A DNA stretch of 64,000 nt from contig OY820579.1 in assembly GCA_963681965.1 (NCBI GenBank), forward strand, positions 1,440,001-1,504,000, written 5' to 3'. Of the stretch, positions 28,462-37,780 are shown piece by piece (the first letter of the stretch is position 1; every line of letters begins with the position of its first letter). The position numbers and the translations under genes were made by a program. The DNA is from a bacterium (GTDB lineage Bacteria; Electryoneota; JAOADG01). The notes below the pieces were generated by a model that did not search any database, was not told where the DNA came from, and saw only the letters and a list, made by a program, of their open reading frames with translations.

Positions 28462-28953
28462 ATGGCGGAACCAAAACGCGAACGCGCGAACAAGAAAAAA
28501 CGAATACTCTTCTTTGTTACGATTATCTCGATGATTCTGATCGGAATGGGATCGTTTCAGTTTATCGGATGCAGCAAATCGTCCAGTAAAACCGAGACGA
28601 AGAAGACCGAAGAGAAAACCGAGGGGAAGACCGAAGAAGGGGGTGGCGAAGTTGGTGAAATCGTTACCATCAATGAACTGGTCGTGAATCCGAAGAATAC
28701 CCGCGGCACCAGATTTTTCGTTGCTTCGATCGGAATCATGTGCGGTACGAAACCGCAAGCCGACGAAGTGAAGAAAAAAGAGCCGTTGATTCGCGACCGA
28801 TTGATTCTGTTCTTCTCGTTGCAGACGTTGGAAGTATTGTCGGATATCAGCCGACGTGAGCAAATCAAAGCTTACGTGAAAGCGATTATCGATCGTGAGA
28901 TTACGACGGGACCGGTTAAAGAAGTCCTCTTCTCGAGATACATCGTTCAATAG
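28462..28953 (+). CDS. fliL: Flagellar basal body-associated protein FliL
   Basis: N-terminal TM, LVVNP, PLIRDRLI and VKEVLFSRYIVQ. Confidence 0.9.
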   Translation: MAEPKRERANKKKRILFFVTIISMILIGMGSFQFIGCSKSSSKTETKKTEEKTEGKTEEGGGEVGEIVTINELVVNPKNTRGTRFFVASIGIMCGTKPQADEVKKKEPLIRDRLILFFSLQTLEVLSDISRREQIKAYVKAIIDREITTGPVKEVLFSRYIVQ

Positions 28954-28962
28954 GGTTACACC

Positions 28963-29952
28963 ATGAACAAAATACTCTCACAAGAGGAAATCGATGCCTT
29001 GCTGCAGAACGTCAGCAAGGGCAAATCGATTGATATCGCTACCAAAATCGAACGAAAGGTCGCTCTATACGATTTTAAACACCCCGATCGTATTAGCAAG
29101 GAGCAAACCCGGTCGCTGCGCGGCATTCACGACAGTTTTGCGCGACTGTTTGCGACCTACCTTTCAACGACTCTTCGAACTTTGGTCGATGTCAATATGT
29201 TATCGATCGATCAGGTGACTTACAGCGAATATACGATGTCGCTTACCGTACCAAGTTCGTTGTTCATTCTCAATCTAAAAAATATCGACGGGAAAGCACT
29301 GCTCGAAATCAGCCCCCAGTTCCTATTGTTTGTTGTGGATCGATTGTTAGGGGGACAGGGCGACACCGATGTCGAAATTCGCGAAATTACCGCGATCGAA
29401 CAGACGGTATGCCGGAAAGTTATCAATTCATCCATATCGATGTTGAATGATGTTTGGCATCAAATCGTCGATTTGGGTGCCGACTTTGAAACATTTGAAA
29501 GCGATCCACAGTTTGTTCAAATAGCGCGCGGTTCGGAAACCATTGCGATTGTCTTTTTTGAAATTCGGATGCGTGGAACCACGTACACCATGAATTTCGG
29601 TTATCCGTATTACGTACTGGAACCGCTGCTCCAACGACTATCGACCCAAACCATGATTCAATCGGGGAAACGGCGACCGACCGAAGAAGACATGGTGTCG
29701 ATCCATACGCGTGTAAAGGCGTCGAAAGTGCCAATTACCGCCCAACTGGCACGGACCTCGATTTCAATTCGCGATTTTATCGATTTTAAAGTCGGGGATA
29801 TACTTCAATTGGAGCAACCAATTCAAGGCGAAATGCCGGTGCTTGTCAGCGGTAGACTGAAATTTTTCTCCGTACCGGGAACGCTGGGACGCAAGCGTGC
29901 CATTCGAATTACTCGCTTCCTGGAAGCGGACGAGGAGTTGATCTATGAGTGA
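28963..29952 (+). CDS. fliM: Flagellar motor switch protein FliM
   Basis: ILSQEEIDALL, YDFKHPDRISKEQ and DRLLGG.G. Confidence 0.97.
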   Translation: MNKILSQEEIDALLQNVSKGKSIDIATKIERKVALYDFKHPDRISKEQTRSLRGIHDSFARLFATYLSTTLRTLVDVNMLSIDQVTYSEYTMSLTVPSSLFILNLKNIDGKALLEISPQFLLFVVDRLLGGQGDTDVEIREITAIEQTVCRKVINSSISMLNDVWHQIVDLGADFETFESDPQFVQIARGSETIAIVFFEIRMRGTTYTMNFGYPYYVLEPLLQRLSTQTMIQSGKRRPTEEDMVSIHTRVKASKVPITAQLARTSISIRDFIDFKVGDILQLEQPIQGEMPVLVSGRLKFFSVPGTLGRKRAIRITRFLEADEELIYE

Positions 29953-30871
29953 AATGACTAGCAAAACCATCCGACAGATTTCCGACACAGTCGGACAAAA
30001 AATCGGGGAAGTTTTTGGTGCGATTCTGGGAAAGAACGTCAAAGTTTCCACTGGCGAGATACAAAAAGTTTCTGCCAATATTATGGATATTGAGTATTCC
30101 AGTGGTTTGGTCACAGCCAGTGTCGAAGGGGATCAAATACCCGGTTCACTCACATTCTGGTTTACTCCCGAAGCCGCGGCGGCAATTGTTGATTTGATGG
30201 TGATGGGAGACGGTACCGCGCCGTTTCGACCGGAAGAGCATTTGGATGGAGTCTCTGAAGCAATTCATCAAGTGGTTGAGTCGTTGGCACTGGATTGGCG
30301 TAATGAAGGATTCCCCGTTTCGTTCAAATCAGTCGTATCGAATGTGCACGACGATCCCAAGAGTTATAGTACAAATTTCACCGGTCAACCGATTATTCGG
30401 CTGGAAATCGAAATCGATACTTTTGGAGAAGCCGGAATTTGGTTGCTAATTGACCCACAACTTGCGATGTTATTAGTACCGCCAACTGTCAGTGACTCTC
30501 GCGGCGCACAAGCATCGGCAGGAGGCGTTGCCAAGCAAGCTCCAGCGGTGAATGTCCGACCCGCGGTATTCGCGCCGTTCGACGGTTCAGCCGGCAATGA
30601 AGCCGAACCTCGAAATCTCGATTTATTACTGGATGTATCACTTCCGGTTACGATCGAATTAGGTCGCACATCAATGTTAATTCGAGATGTACTTGATCTA
30701 GGTCCCGGATCCGTCGTTGAATTAGACAAATTATCAGGCGAACCGGTGGATTTATATGTAAATGATCGTAAATTTGCTCGGGGAGAAGTTGTGGTGGTCG
30801 ATGAGTATTTCGGAGTTCGAATTACCGAGTTGATGCATATTGAAGACCGGTTGAAGTCATTGCGAGGATAA
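29945..30871 (+). CDS. fliN: Flagellar motor switch protein FliN/FliY (CheC-like N-domain plus FliN domain)
   Basis: C-terminal NLDLLLDVSLPVTIELGRT...GEVVVVDEYFGVRIT; N-terminal CheC-like region with DLMVMGDG. Confidence 0.9.
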   Translation: MSEMTSKTIRQISDTVGQKIGEVFGAILGKNVKVSTGEIQKVSANIMDIEYSSGLVTASVEGDQIPGSLTFWFTPEAAAAIVDLMVMGDGTAPFRPEEHLDGVSEAIHQVVESLALDWRNEGFPVSFKSVVSNVHDDPKSYSTNFTGQPIIRLEIEIDTFGEAGIWLLIDPQLAMLLVPPTVSDSRGAQASAGGVAKQAPAVNVRPAVFAPFDGSAGNEAEPRNLDLLLDVSLPVTIELGRTSMLIRDVLDLGPGSVVELDKLSGEPVDLYVNDRKFARGEVVVVDEYFGVRITELMHIEDRLKSLRG

Positions 30872-30887
30872 ACGCTAGAAGGAACAA

Positions 30888-31295
30888 ATGCTCGATACTA
30901 ATTTGGTCGTAGATACTGCGCGTGTCCTTTCGCAACCGTATTACCCAACATCGGTATCTCCGGACTTATCAGTTGGGTACACAATTCTTAGAATGACGGT
31001 CGGAATGGCGATCGTCATTGCCGTTTTATGGATTGTGTCGGTTACTTTGAAACGAACCAAGAATTTTGGGCAAGCGGGAAAAAATGTTTCGGTGATCGAA
31101 TACCGTTCTTTGGGAGGCAAGCGATCTGTTGCGCTGGTCAGGGCATTGGATAAAATTGTACTTCTAGGTATAACCGATCAGGAAGTAACGAAACTATCGG
31201 AATGGGACGATGCCGATCGGTTCAAGGAACAGATCGATCCTCAACCGGTAGAATCTTCGTTTGAAAAAATCTTATTTCGAAAACGTCAATCATGA
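30888..31295 (+). CDS. fliO: Flagellar biosynthesis protein FliO
   Basis: TM segment followed by LGGKRSVALVR...LLGIT. Confidence 0.85.
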   Translation: MLDTNLVVDTARVLSQPYYPTSVSPDLSVGYTILRMTVGMAIVIAVLWIVSVTLKRTKNFGQAGKNVSVIEYRSLGGKRSVALVRALDKIVLLGITDQEVTKLSEWDDADRFKEQIDPQPVESSFEKILFRKRQS

Positions 31296-32674
31296 ACGAA
31301 ACCGACCGAGCAGCAATCGCGCAACCATTTATCGAAGTATCCAACGATGGTATGCAGGCAACTCTTCGTATCCCGAAATTAGGTTTTCAGGTGACCGATA
31401 AGCATGTGCGAACTGCACTATCCGATGCCGGTGTGACGTTCGGTATTAATGAAGTAATTGTGAATTGGGTAACTCGATCTCCGGCTATGACCCTCGAGAT
31501 TATTGTTGCCAATGGAATACCACCCAAATCCGGACGGAATGGGTGGATTGAATACAAATTCAATCCTGAATTGGCGACAGAATTCGGTCGACCGGACCAA
31601 TTGCATCAATATTCTTTTCAGAATATTGAAGCGGGCACCCTGTTGGCTATTCATCATAACCCTGTTCCCGGTGAAGCAGGCAAGACTGTTCGTGGAAATC
31701 GAGTAGAACCGGCGCCGATCAAGGATATTGCGATATCAGCCGGTGAAAATACCAATTTCCGAAATTCCGATAACAACGAATTGCTCGCAAATAAAGCGGG
31801 TTGTACCCAAATCGACGATCTAGGGAAGATTTCAGTATTGGATCACATCTCGTTGATGCGCGATGTCGACAACAGTGTTGGAGATATCGAGTATTTTGGC
31901 GATCTCTATATTCGCGGTGATGTCAAATCGGGATTCTCGATTAAAACCCGAGGAAAACTCCATGTTGCCGGTACGATCGAAGATGCCAATATCGAAGCAA
32001 ACGAAGTGGAAATTCAAGGCGGATTTACCGGGTCAGGGAGTGGTGTGTGTCGGGTAGAAACCGATTTTCGAGCACAATTCGTTGACAACCAGACCGTATA
32101 TGCTAAAAATGAAGTACACATCAATGGTGAAGTGCGGAATGCTGTTATTGAAGCCGGTAAAGCAATCTTCATTACTGGATCGAAAGGTGTGTTGATTGGT
32201 GGTCGAATCGAGGCGATCGAGCGAATCGAGGCGACCGTTTTGGGAAATAATATCGATCTCTCGTGTAAAGTAAATGTCGGTAGACCCAAAGAAATGTATG
32301 TCCAGTTAGACGCTTACGAAGAAGAAATTTCGCAGATCGATCAACGCTCGCTCGTCATGCGGCGTCAATTTGGAATTCCCGACGATTTCGATTTAGTCAA
32401 TGATAAAACCATCGTGAATAAAGATACCCCCATGGCACGGAGTATTGGTCTGTTAAAGAAAATTATGGACAAGCGACAGGAAATTTCGACCAAACAACAA
32501 GCATTACTCGATGAAATCAATCGATTGGCACAGAATTCCTGTGTCGTGGTGTACAAGGCTTGTCACCCGGGGGTTGTAATTCGGATCGGGAATTTAACCA
32601 AGACGATCGATACTTTGATTGGTCACACCATCTTCAGGATTATCGAAGGAGAAATTGTCGGTGTTAAAGAATAA
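31292..32674 (+). CDS. FapA family (DUF342) protein
   Basis: VSNDGMQA, GVTFGI, GIPPKSGRNG, VDNSVGDIEYFGD...GDVKSGF and HPGVVIRIG. Confidence 0.85.
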   Translation: MNETDRAAIAQPFIEVSNDGMQATLRIPKLGFQVTDKHVRTALSDAGVTFGINEVIVNWVTRSPAMTLEIIVANGIPPKSGRNGWIEYKFNPELATEFGRPDQLHQYSFQNIEAGTLLAIHHNPVPGEAGKTVRGNRVEPAPIKDIAISAGENTNFRNSDNNELLANKAGCTQIDDLGKISVLDHISLMRDVDNSVGDIEYFGDLYIRGDVKSGFSIKTRGKLHVAGTIEDANIEANEVEIQGGFTGSGSGVCRVETDFRAQFVDNQTVYAKNEVHINGEVRNAVIEAGKAIFITGSKGVLIGGRIEAIERIEATVLGNNIDLSCKVNVGRPKEMYVQLDAYEEEISQIDQRSLVMRRQFGIPDDFDLVNDKTIVNKDTPMARSIGLLKKIMDKRQEISTKQQALLDEINRLAQNSCVVVYKACHPGVVIRIGNLTKTIDTLIGHTIFRIIEGEIVGVKE

Positions 32675-33425
32675 TCGATTGGTTGGAATCTTCGCCATCG
32701 TCTTGCTAGTTGCCGGACTATTGCTCCCGATTGCAGCATCTGCGCAAACAGCCTTTCCGAAAGTTACCGTTGGGATCGAAAAAGCGAAAGATGCCGGTGA
32801 TTTATCGATTACGCTCCAAATCCTGATTTTGATGACGGTGCTTTCGCTAGCACCATCGATTTTGATCATGATGACCAGTTTTACCAGAATTCTAATCGTC
32901 TTGCATTTTTTACGACAGGCGATCGGTACACAGCAGATGCCTCCGAATCAAATCATTGTCGGGTTATCGCTATTTCTCACTTTCTTTGTGATGGGTCCAA
33001 CCTTTACTACGATCTACGACCAAGCATGGACACCGTATCGAGATAAACGTATCACTGCCGAGGAAGGTTACGACCGAGCCGCCAAATCACTACGTGAATT
33101 TATGCTGCGAAATACCCGCGAAAAAGATCTACAACTCTTCGTGAAATTGGATCATAGTCCGCAGCCGCGGAATGTGAAGGATCTTTCGATGCGTGTCGTT
33201 ATTCCCGCATTTGTCACTTCCGAATTGCGCGTTGCCTTTCAGATTGGATTTCTACTCTATTTACCATTTCTTGTGATCGATATGGTGATCTCATCGATTT
33301 TGATGAGTATGGGGATGATGATGTTGCCACCGGTGATGATATCACTTCCATTTAAGATATTATTGTTCGTTCTGGTCGATGGCTGGTATTTAATCGTCAA
33401 TTCATTAGTACAGTCATTTCATTGA
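32661..33425 (+). CDS. fliP: Flagellar export apparatus protein FliP
   Basis: MMTSFTRILIVL, PPNQ and MGMMMLPPVMISLPFKILLFVLVDGW. Confidence 0.97.
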   Translation: MLKNNRLVGIFAIVLLVAGLLLPIAASAQTAFPKVTVGIEKAKDAGDLSITLQILILMTVLSLAPSILIMMTSFTRILIVLHFLRQAIGTQQMPPNQIIVGLSLFLTFFVMGPTFTTIYDQAWTPYRDKRITAEEGYDRAAKSLREFMLRNTREKDLQLFVKLDHSPQPRNVKDLSMRVVIPAFVTSELRVAFQIGFLLYLPFLVIDMVISSILMSMGMMMLPPVMISLPFKILLFVLVDGWYLIVNSLVQSFH

Positions 33426-33435
33426 GGCACCGGCG

Positions 33436-33705
33436 ATGACACAAGAATTTGCACTTTATATCGTAAAAGAATCGCTTTGGACGGCGCTGATCCTTTCTGC
33501 TCCGATGATTCTAGCGGGACTCATCGTCGGTTTGATCGTTTCGATTTTTCAGGCAGTCACGTCGATTAACGAAATGACGCTGTCGCTGGTAGCGAAAATT
33601 ATCGCCGTTATTTTTGTCGGACTGTTAACGTTTCCGTGGATGGTGACGACTATGGTTAGCTTCACGCAGACGATATTCAATTATATCCCTGTCATGGCAA
33701 AATAA
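33436..33705 (+). CDS. fliQ: Flagellar export apparatus protein FliQ
   Basis: GLIVSIFQAVTSINEMTLS..K. Confidence 0.95.
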   Translation: MTQEFALYIVKESLWTALILSAPMILAGLIVGLIVSIFQAVTSINEMTLSLVAKIIAVIFVGLLTFPWMVTTMVSFTQTIFNYIPVMAK

Positions 33706-33756
33706 ATAAATTCATTCATTCCCAATTCGAATTCTCACTCGCAAGGAATCGACCTC

Positions 33757-34548
33757 ATGCTCCCAATCCCAATGCAATTATCTTTTCGGGAAGTGGAGTT
33801 CTTTTTCCTAATTTTGGTCCGAACCGCAACCATGTTGATGCTCGTTCCGTTGTTTGGGTATACGACCAACCCGGCACCGGTAAAAATCGGCTTTTCAATT
33901 CTACTCGCGATGATTCTGTTACCCATTGTTCCGATCGCAAATTTTGCACAGAGTACGGGTCTTCCGGGATTTGTCGAACTAATCATTAAAGAAGTGACGG
34001 TTGGATTGATTCTCGGGATGTTGACGTTATTCCTGTTTGTCGGTGTGCAGTTTGCCGGGGAATTGATTGGGATGCAGATGGGTTTCTCGATGGCAAGTAT
34101 GATGGATCCCACGCAGGAAACGAATTTATCGCTCATCGGACAGGTGAATTTTTATATTGCCATGATGCTGTTCTTAGTGATGAATGGTCATCACCGTTGG
34201 ATTGAAGCACTTTACTACAGTTACCAAATAGTACCACCGGGAGCGGCAAAAATCTCCATCCCGCATGTAATGAATGAATGGATCGGTTTAACATCGGGTG
34301 TTTTCGTCATAGCGATTAAAATCGCCGCACCGGTCATGGCGACGCTCTTCTTAACCGATGTGGCATTAGGTCTTCTCTCACGCTCTTCCGAACAATTGAA
34401 TATCTTCTCCGTCGGTTTCGGGGTCAAGATTTTTATCGGTTTATTCGCTATCGTGTCTGGTATTCCACTATTTGCTTATGCTTTCGGCAAGATATTTGCC
34501 GAGTTAATGAAGAAAATGGAATTTTTCCTGTCATTATTGAAGGTTTAA
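33757..34548 (+). CDS. fliR: Flagellar export apparatus protein FliR
   Basis: AGELIGMQMGF...DP, NGHH and QLNIFSVG. Confidence 0.95.
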   Translation: MLPIPMQLSFREVEFFFLILVRTATMLMLVPLFGYTTNPAPVKIGFSILLAMILLPIVPIANFAQSTGLPGFVELIIKEVTVGLILGMLTLFLFVGVQFAGELIGMQMGFSMASMMDPTQETNLSLIGQVNFYIAMMLFLVMNGHHRWIEALYYSYQIVPPGAAKISIPHVMNEWIGLTSGVFVIAIKIAAPVMATLFLTDVALGLLSRSSEQLNIFSVGFGVKIFIGLFAIVSGIPLFAYAFGKIFAELMKKMEFFLSLLKV

Positions 34549-34551
34549 GCA

Positions 34552-35643
34552 GTGGCTGACGAATACGGCGAAAAAACTGAACAGCCCTCAGCACGGCGAA
34601 TTAACAAAGCGCGTAATGAGGGTAATGTCATCCAATCACCAGACTTGGCGAAAGGTACCGGTCTGGTGATGAGTTGGCTAACCTTGCTTATTTTCGGCGG
34701 CTGGGTTTACGATAATATGTTTGTTAGTACCCGCTATATCTTCGCCAATCTGCATTCAATCAATTTTACCAATGAAAATATATCCGTTTTTTTGGGACAA
34801 GGTTCCTTTTTCTTGTTGAAATTGATCCTCCCCTTTTTCGTGATTGCTGCAACTACTGCGATTGTGACCGCGGTTTTCGAACATGGCTGGAATTATACTC
34901 TCAAACCAGTTATGCCAAAGATGTCGAAGATCAATCCAGTTACCGGGTTTTCGAAGCTGTTCAAAGTCCGAGCACTCGTAGAGATGCTAAAGGGTCTGCT
35001 CAAAGTGTTGATCGTTGGATTGGCAATCTGGGGTATCATGTCGAAAGAATTGACTGAGTTTCAATTCATGGTCGATATGACAATTTCCGACATCTTCAAG
35101 AAAATCATGTGGGCAACGACTGTGCTGTTTGCGCGCGTCACATTTATTCTCCTGATTTTAGGTATTGCCGACTATTTTGTATCCAAATATCTGTACATCA
35201 AAGATTTAAAAATGACTAAGCAAGAGGTAAAGGAAGAATATAAAGAGCAAGAAGGCGATCCCAAGATCAAACAAAAAATGCGGCAAGTCGCATTGAACAT
35301 GGCTTACGGTATGACCGTGAAAAATACGAAGAAAGCCACTGTTTTAATCACAAATCCGACACATTTTGCAATTGCATTGCAATATGAACCGGAAACGATG
35401 TCGGCACCGAAAGTAATTGCCAAGGGACAACGTCGAGTTGCCCTGAGAATGCGGGAAATAGCCACTGAGAACAATATCCCTATCGTTGAGAATCCGCCAC
35501 TGGCTCGCGCATTGTATCGAAGCGCAGCTATTGGTCAAGAGATTCCCGGTAATTTCTATCAGGCAGTGGCGGAAGTATTAGCCTATGTCTATCGCCTCCA
35601 AGAAGAAAAGCGCCACCCCAACAATATGGAACAGCCGATCTAG
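34552..35643 (+). CDS. flhB: Flagellar export apparatus protein FlhB
   Basis: EKTEQPS, KMTKQEVKEEYKEQEGDP and the NPTH autocleavage motif. Confidence 0.97.
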   Translation: MADEYGEKTEQPSARRINKARNEGNVIQSPDLAKGTGLVMSWLTLLIFGGWVYDNMFVSTRYIFANLHSINFTNENISVFLGQGSFFLLKLILPFFVIAATTAIVTAVFEHGWNYTLKPVMPKMSKINPVTGFSKLFKVRALVEMLKGLLKVLIVGLAIWGIMSKELTEFQFMVDMTISDIFKKIMWATTVLFARVTFILLILGIADYFVSKYLYIKDLKMTKQEVKEEYKEQEGDPKIKQKMRQVALNMAYGMTVKNTKKATVLITNPTHFAIALQYEPETMSAPKVIAKGQRRVALRMREIATENNIPIVENPPLARALYRSAAIGQEIPGNFYQAVAEVLAYVYRLQEEKRHPNNMEQPI

Positions 35644-35646
35644 CAG

Positions 35647-35663
35647 TTGGCACCCCTTTTGCA
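35647..35663 (+). promoter_or_regulatory. Sigma54 promoter of the flhA operon
   Basis: TTGGCACCCCTTTTGCA, a consensus match. Confidence 0.85.
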
Positions 35664-35680
35664 TCTAATCATGATGACAC

Positions 35681-37777
35681 TTGCAAGAGGAAAATGTGGC
35701 AGCTGGAACAACCATCGCTAAAAAGCCAGAAAACAGTTTCTTAGCTCATCTAACCACCAAAGCGGACATCTGGTTCGCTGCGGCGGTGATAGCGGTTCTT
35801 TCCATACTTATTCTGCCCCTACCCGCATTCATGATCGACTTAATGCTGACGATTTCGATTACAATTGCACTCTTAATTTTGATGGTTTGTACCTATACCG
35901 AAGAACCCCTCCAATTCAGTGTTTTCCCCGGTTTATTACTTGTCGTTACCCTATTTCGTCTGGCGCTGAATATCTCAACCACACGATTGATTTTGTCCGA
36001 GGGAACCGGTGGACGGATTATTGAAGCATTTGGTACCTTCGTCATCAAAGGGAATTATGTAATTGGACTGGTGATCTTTGCGCTATTGAACATTATCAAT
36101 TTTGTGGTAATTACGAAAGGTTCAAATCGAATTGCGGAAGTCGCTGCCCGGTTTACCCTCGATGCAATGCCGGGTAAACAGATGGCGATTGATGCCGATT
36201 TGAACAATGGTTTGATTGGTGAAGAAGAAGCCAAGGAACGGCGTGATAAAATTACCCGGGAAGCCGACTTTTACGGTGCGATGGATGGTGCTTCGAAATT
36301 CGTCCGGGGCGATGCGGTTGCCGGATTAATTATTACCTTCATTAATATCGTTGGCGGTATCGTTATCGGTGTCGTGCAACGCGGAATGCCGATCGAAAAA
36401 GCGGCTTCATTATACACGACATTGACCGTTGGTGATGGCTTGGTCGCACAGATTCCCGCTCTTATTATTTCGATCGGTGCCGGTATTCTGGTGTCTCGTG
36501 CGGCTTCGAAGGAAAATCTGGGTAGCGGTATCGTCAAGCAGTTATTTGGTTACAAACGTTCGCTGTGGTTGGCTACGGTCGTATTGGTGCTATTCGGGAT
36601 CGTTCCCGGATTTCCATTAATTCCCATGTGGTTACTCGCGGGTGGTTTGGCATGGATCGCTTCGAAATATAATACTGCTGAAAAGAACGATGCTGCAGCG
36701 GTGCTAACTGCAACCAAAGAGACGGCGAAACCGAAAGAGAAACCCGAAGAATTTCTGGCAATCGATCCATTGGAATTGGAAATTGGTTACTCTTTAATAC
36801 CATTGGTTGATACGGCTCAGGATGGGGATTTACTTTCGCGAATTACTTTGATCCGTAAGCAACAAGCGATTCAGATGGGGATTATTATTCCTCCAATCCG
36901 GATTCGCGACAATATTCAATTAAAATCGAACGAATACTCAGTAAAGATCCGGGGGAACGAAGTGGCACGCTCCGAACTCCGGTTAGGTCATTATCTGGCA
37001 CTGAATCCCGGAACGGCAATCGGTGAATTGGAGGGATCAAAGACCCACGAACCGACCTATGGCTTACCGGCGACTTGGATCGCTGAACGGGAGAGGGAGC
37101 GAGCGGAATCGAATGGCTTTACTGTGGTAGAGCCGCCGGCAGTATTATCGACACATTTAGTGGAAATTATTAAGCGGAATGCCCATCGGATCTTGACGCG
37201 ACAGGATGTTCAAACGTTAGTTAACGTCTTAAAACAAGACAGCTCCGCCGTAGTTGAAGAATTGATCCCGAATATGATGTCGATCGGAGGAGTTCATAAA
37301 ATTTTGCAGCGCCTCTTGAAAGAAGGTATTCCAGTTCGCGATCTTGCTACTATCTGCGAAGCGCTGAGCGACTATGCACCATTGACGAAAGATCCCGATT
37401 TGCTAACGGAATATGTCCGGTATGCGTTAAGTCCGACGATCACGCAAAAATTCGTCGATAACGACGGTAAACTTTACGCGTTGACGATGACCCCGCAGGT
37501 TGAAGATGTACTAGCAGAAGAGGTTCAATCGGCAGGCGGTCGAATGCAGCAGATAAACCTGAATCCACAATTTTTACAGACGCTTTACCGGTCGATACAA
37601 TCGAATATCAATATTGTGAAACAGCAGGGTCGGCAGCCTATTATCATCGTTGCCCCCTCTGTTCGCCTGTATGTCCGTCGCTTGCTCGAACCAGTATTGC
37701 CGGAAGTAACTGTGTTGTCGTTTGGCGAGTTGGTAGCAGATGTGTCGGTGGAAAGTTTAGGAAAGATTTCGGTGTAA
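35681..37777 (+). CDS. flhA: Flagellar biosynthesis protein FlhA
   Basis: RIAEVAARFTLDAMPGKQMAIDADL and FYGAMDGASKFVRGD. Probable start GTG 35696. Confidence 0.98.
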   Translation: MQEENVAAGTTIAKKPENSFLAHLTTKADIWFAAAVIAVLSILILPLPAFMIDLMLTISITIALLILMVCTYTEEPLQFSVFPGLLLVVTLFRLALNISTTRLILSEGTGGRIIEAFGTFVIKGNYVIGLVIFALLNIINFVVITKGSNRIAEVAARFTLDAMPGKQMAIDADLNNGLIGEEEAKERRDKITREADFYGAMDGASKFVRGDAVAGLIITFINIVGGIVIGVVQRGMPIEKAASLYTTLTVGDGLVAQIPALIISIGAGILVSRAASKENLGSGIVKQLFGYKRSLWLATVVLVLFGIVPGFPLIPMWLLAGGLAWIASKYNTAEKNDAAAVLTATKETAKPKEKPEEFLAIDPLELEIGYSLIPLVDTAQDGDLLSRITLIRKQQAIQMGIIIPPIRIRDNIQLKSNEYSVKIRGNEVARSELRLGHYLALNPGTAIGELEGSKTHEPTYGLPATWIAERERERAESNGFTVVEPPAVLSTHLVEIIKRNAHRILTRQDVQTLVNVLKQDSSAVVEELIPNMMSIGGVHKILQRLLKEGIPVRDLATICEALSDYAPLTKDPDLLTEYVRYALSPTITQKFVDNDGKLYALTMTPQVEDVLAEEVQSAGGRMQQINLNPQFLQTLYRSIQSNINIVKQQGRQPIIIVAPSVRLYVRRLLEPVLPEVTVLSFGELVADVSVESLGKISV

Positions 37778-37780
37778 GTC

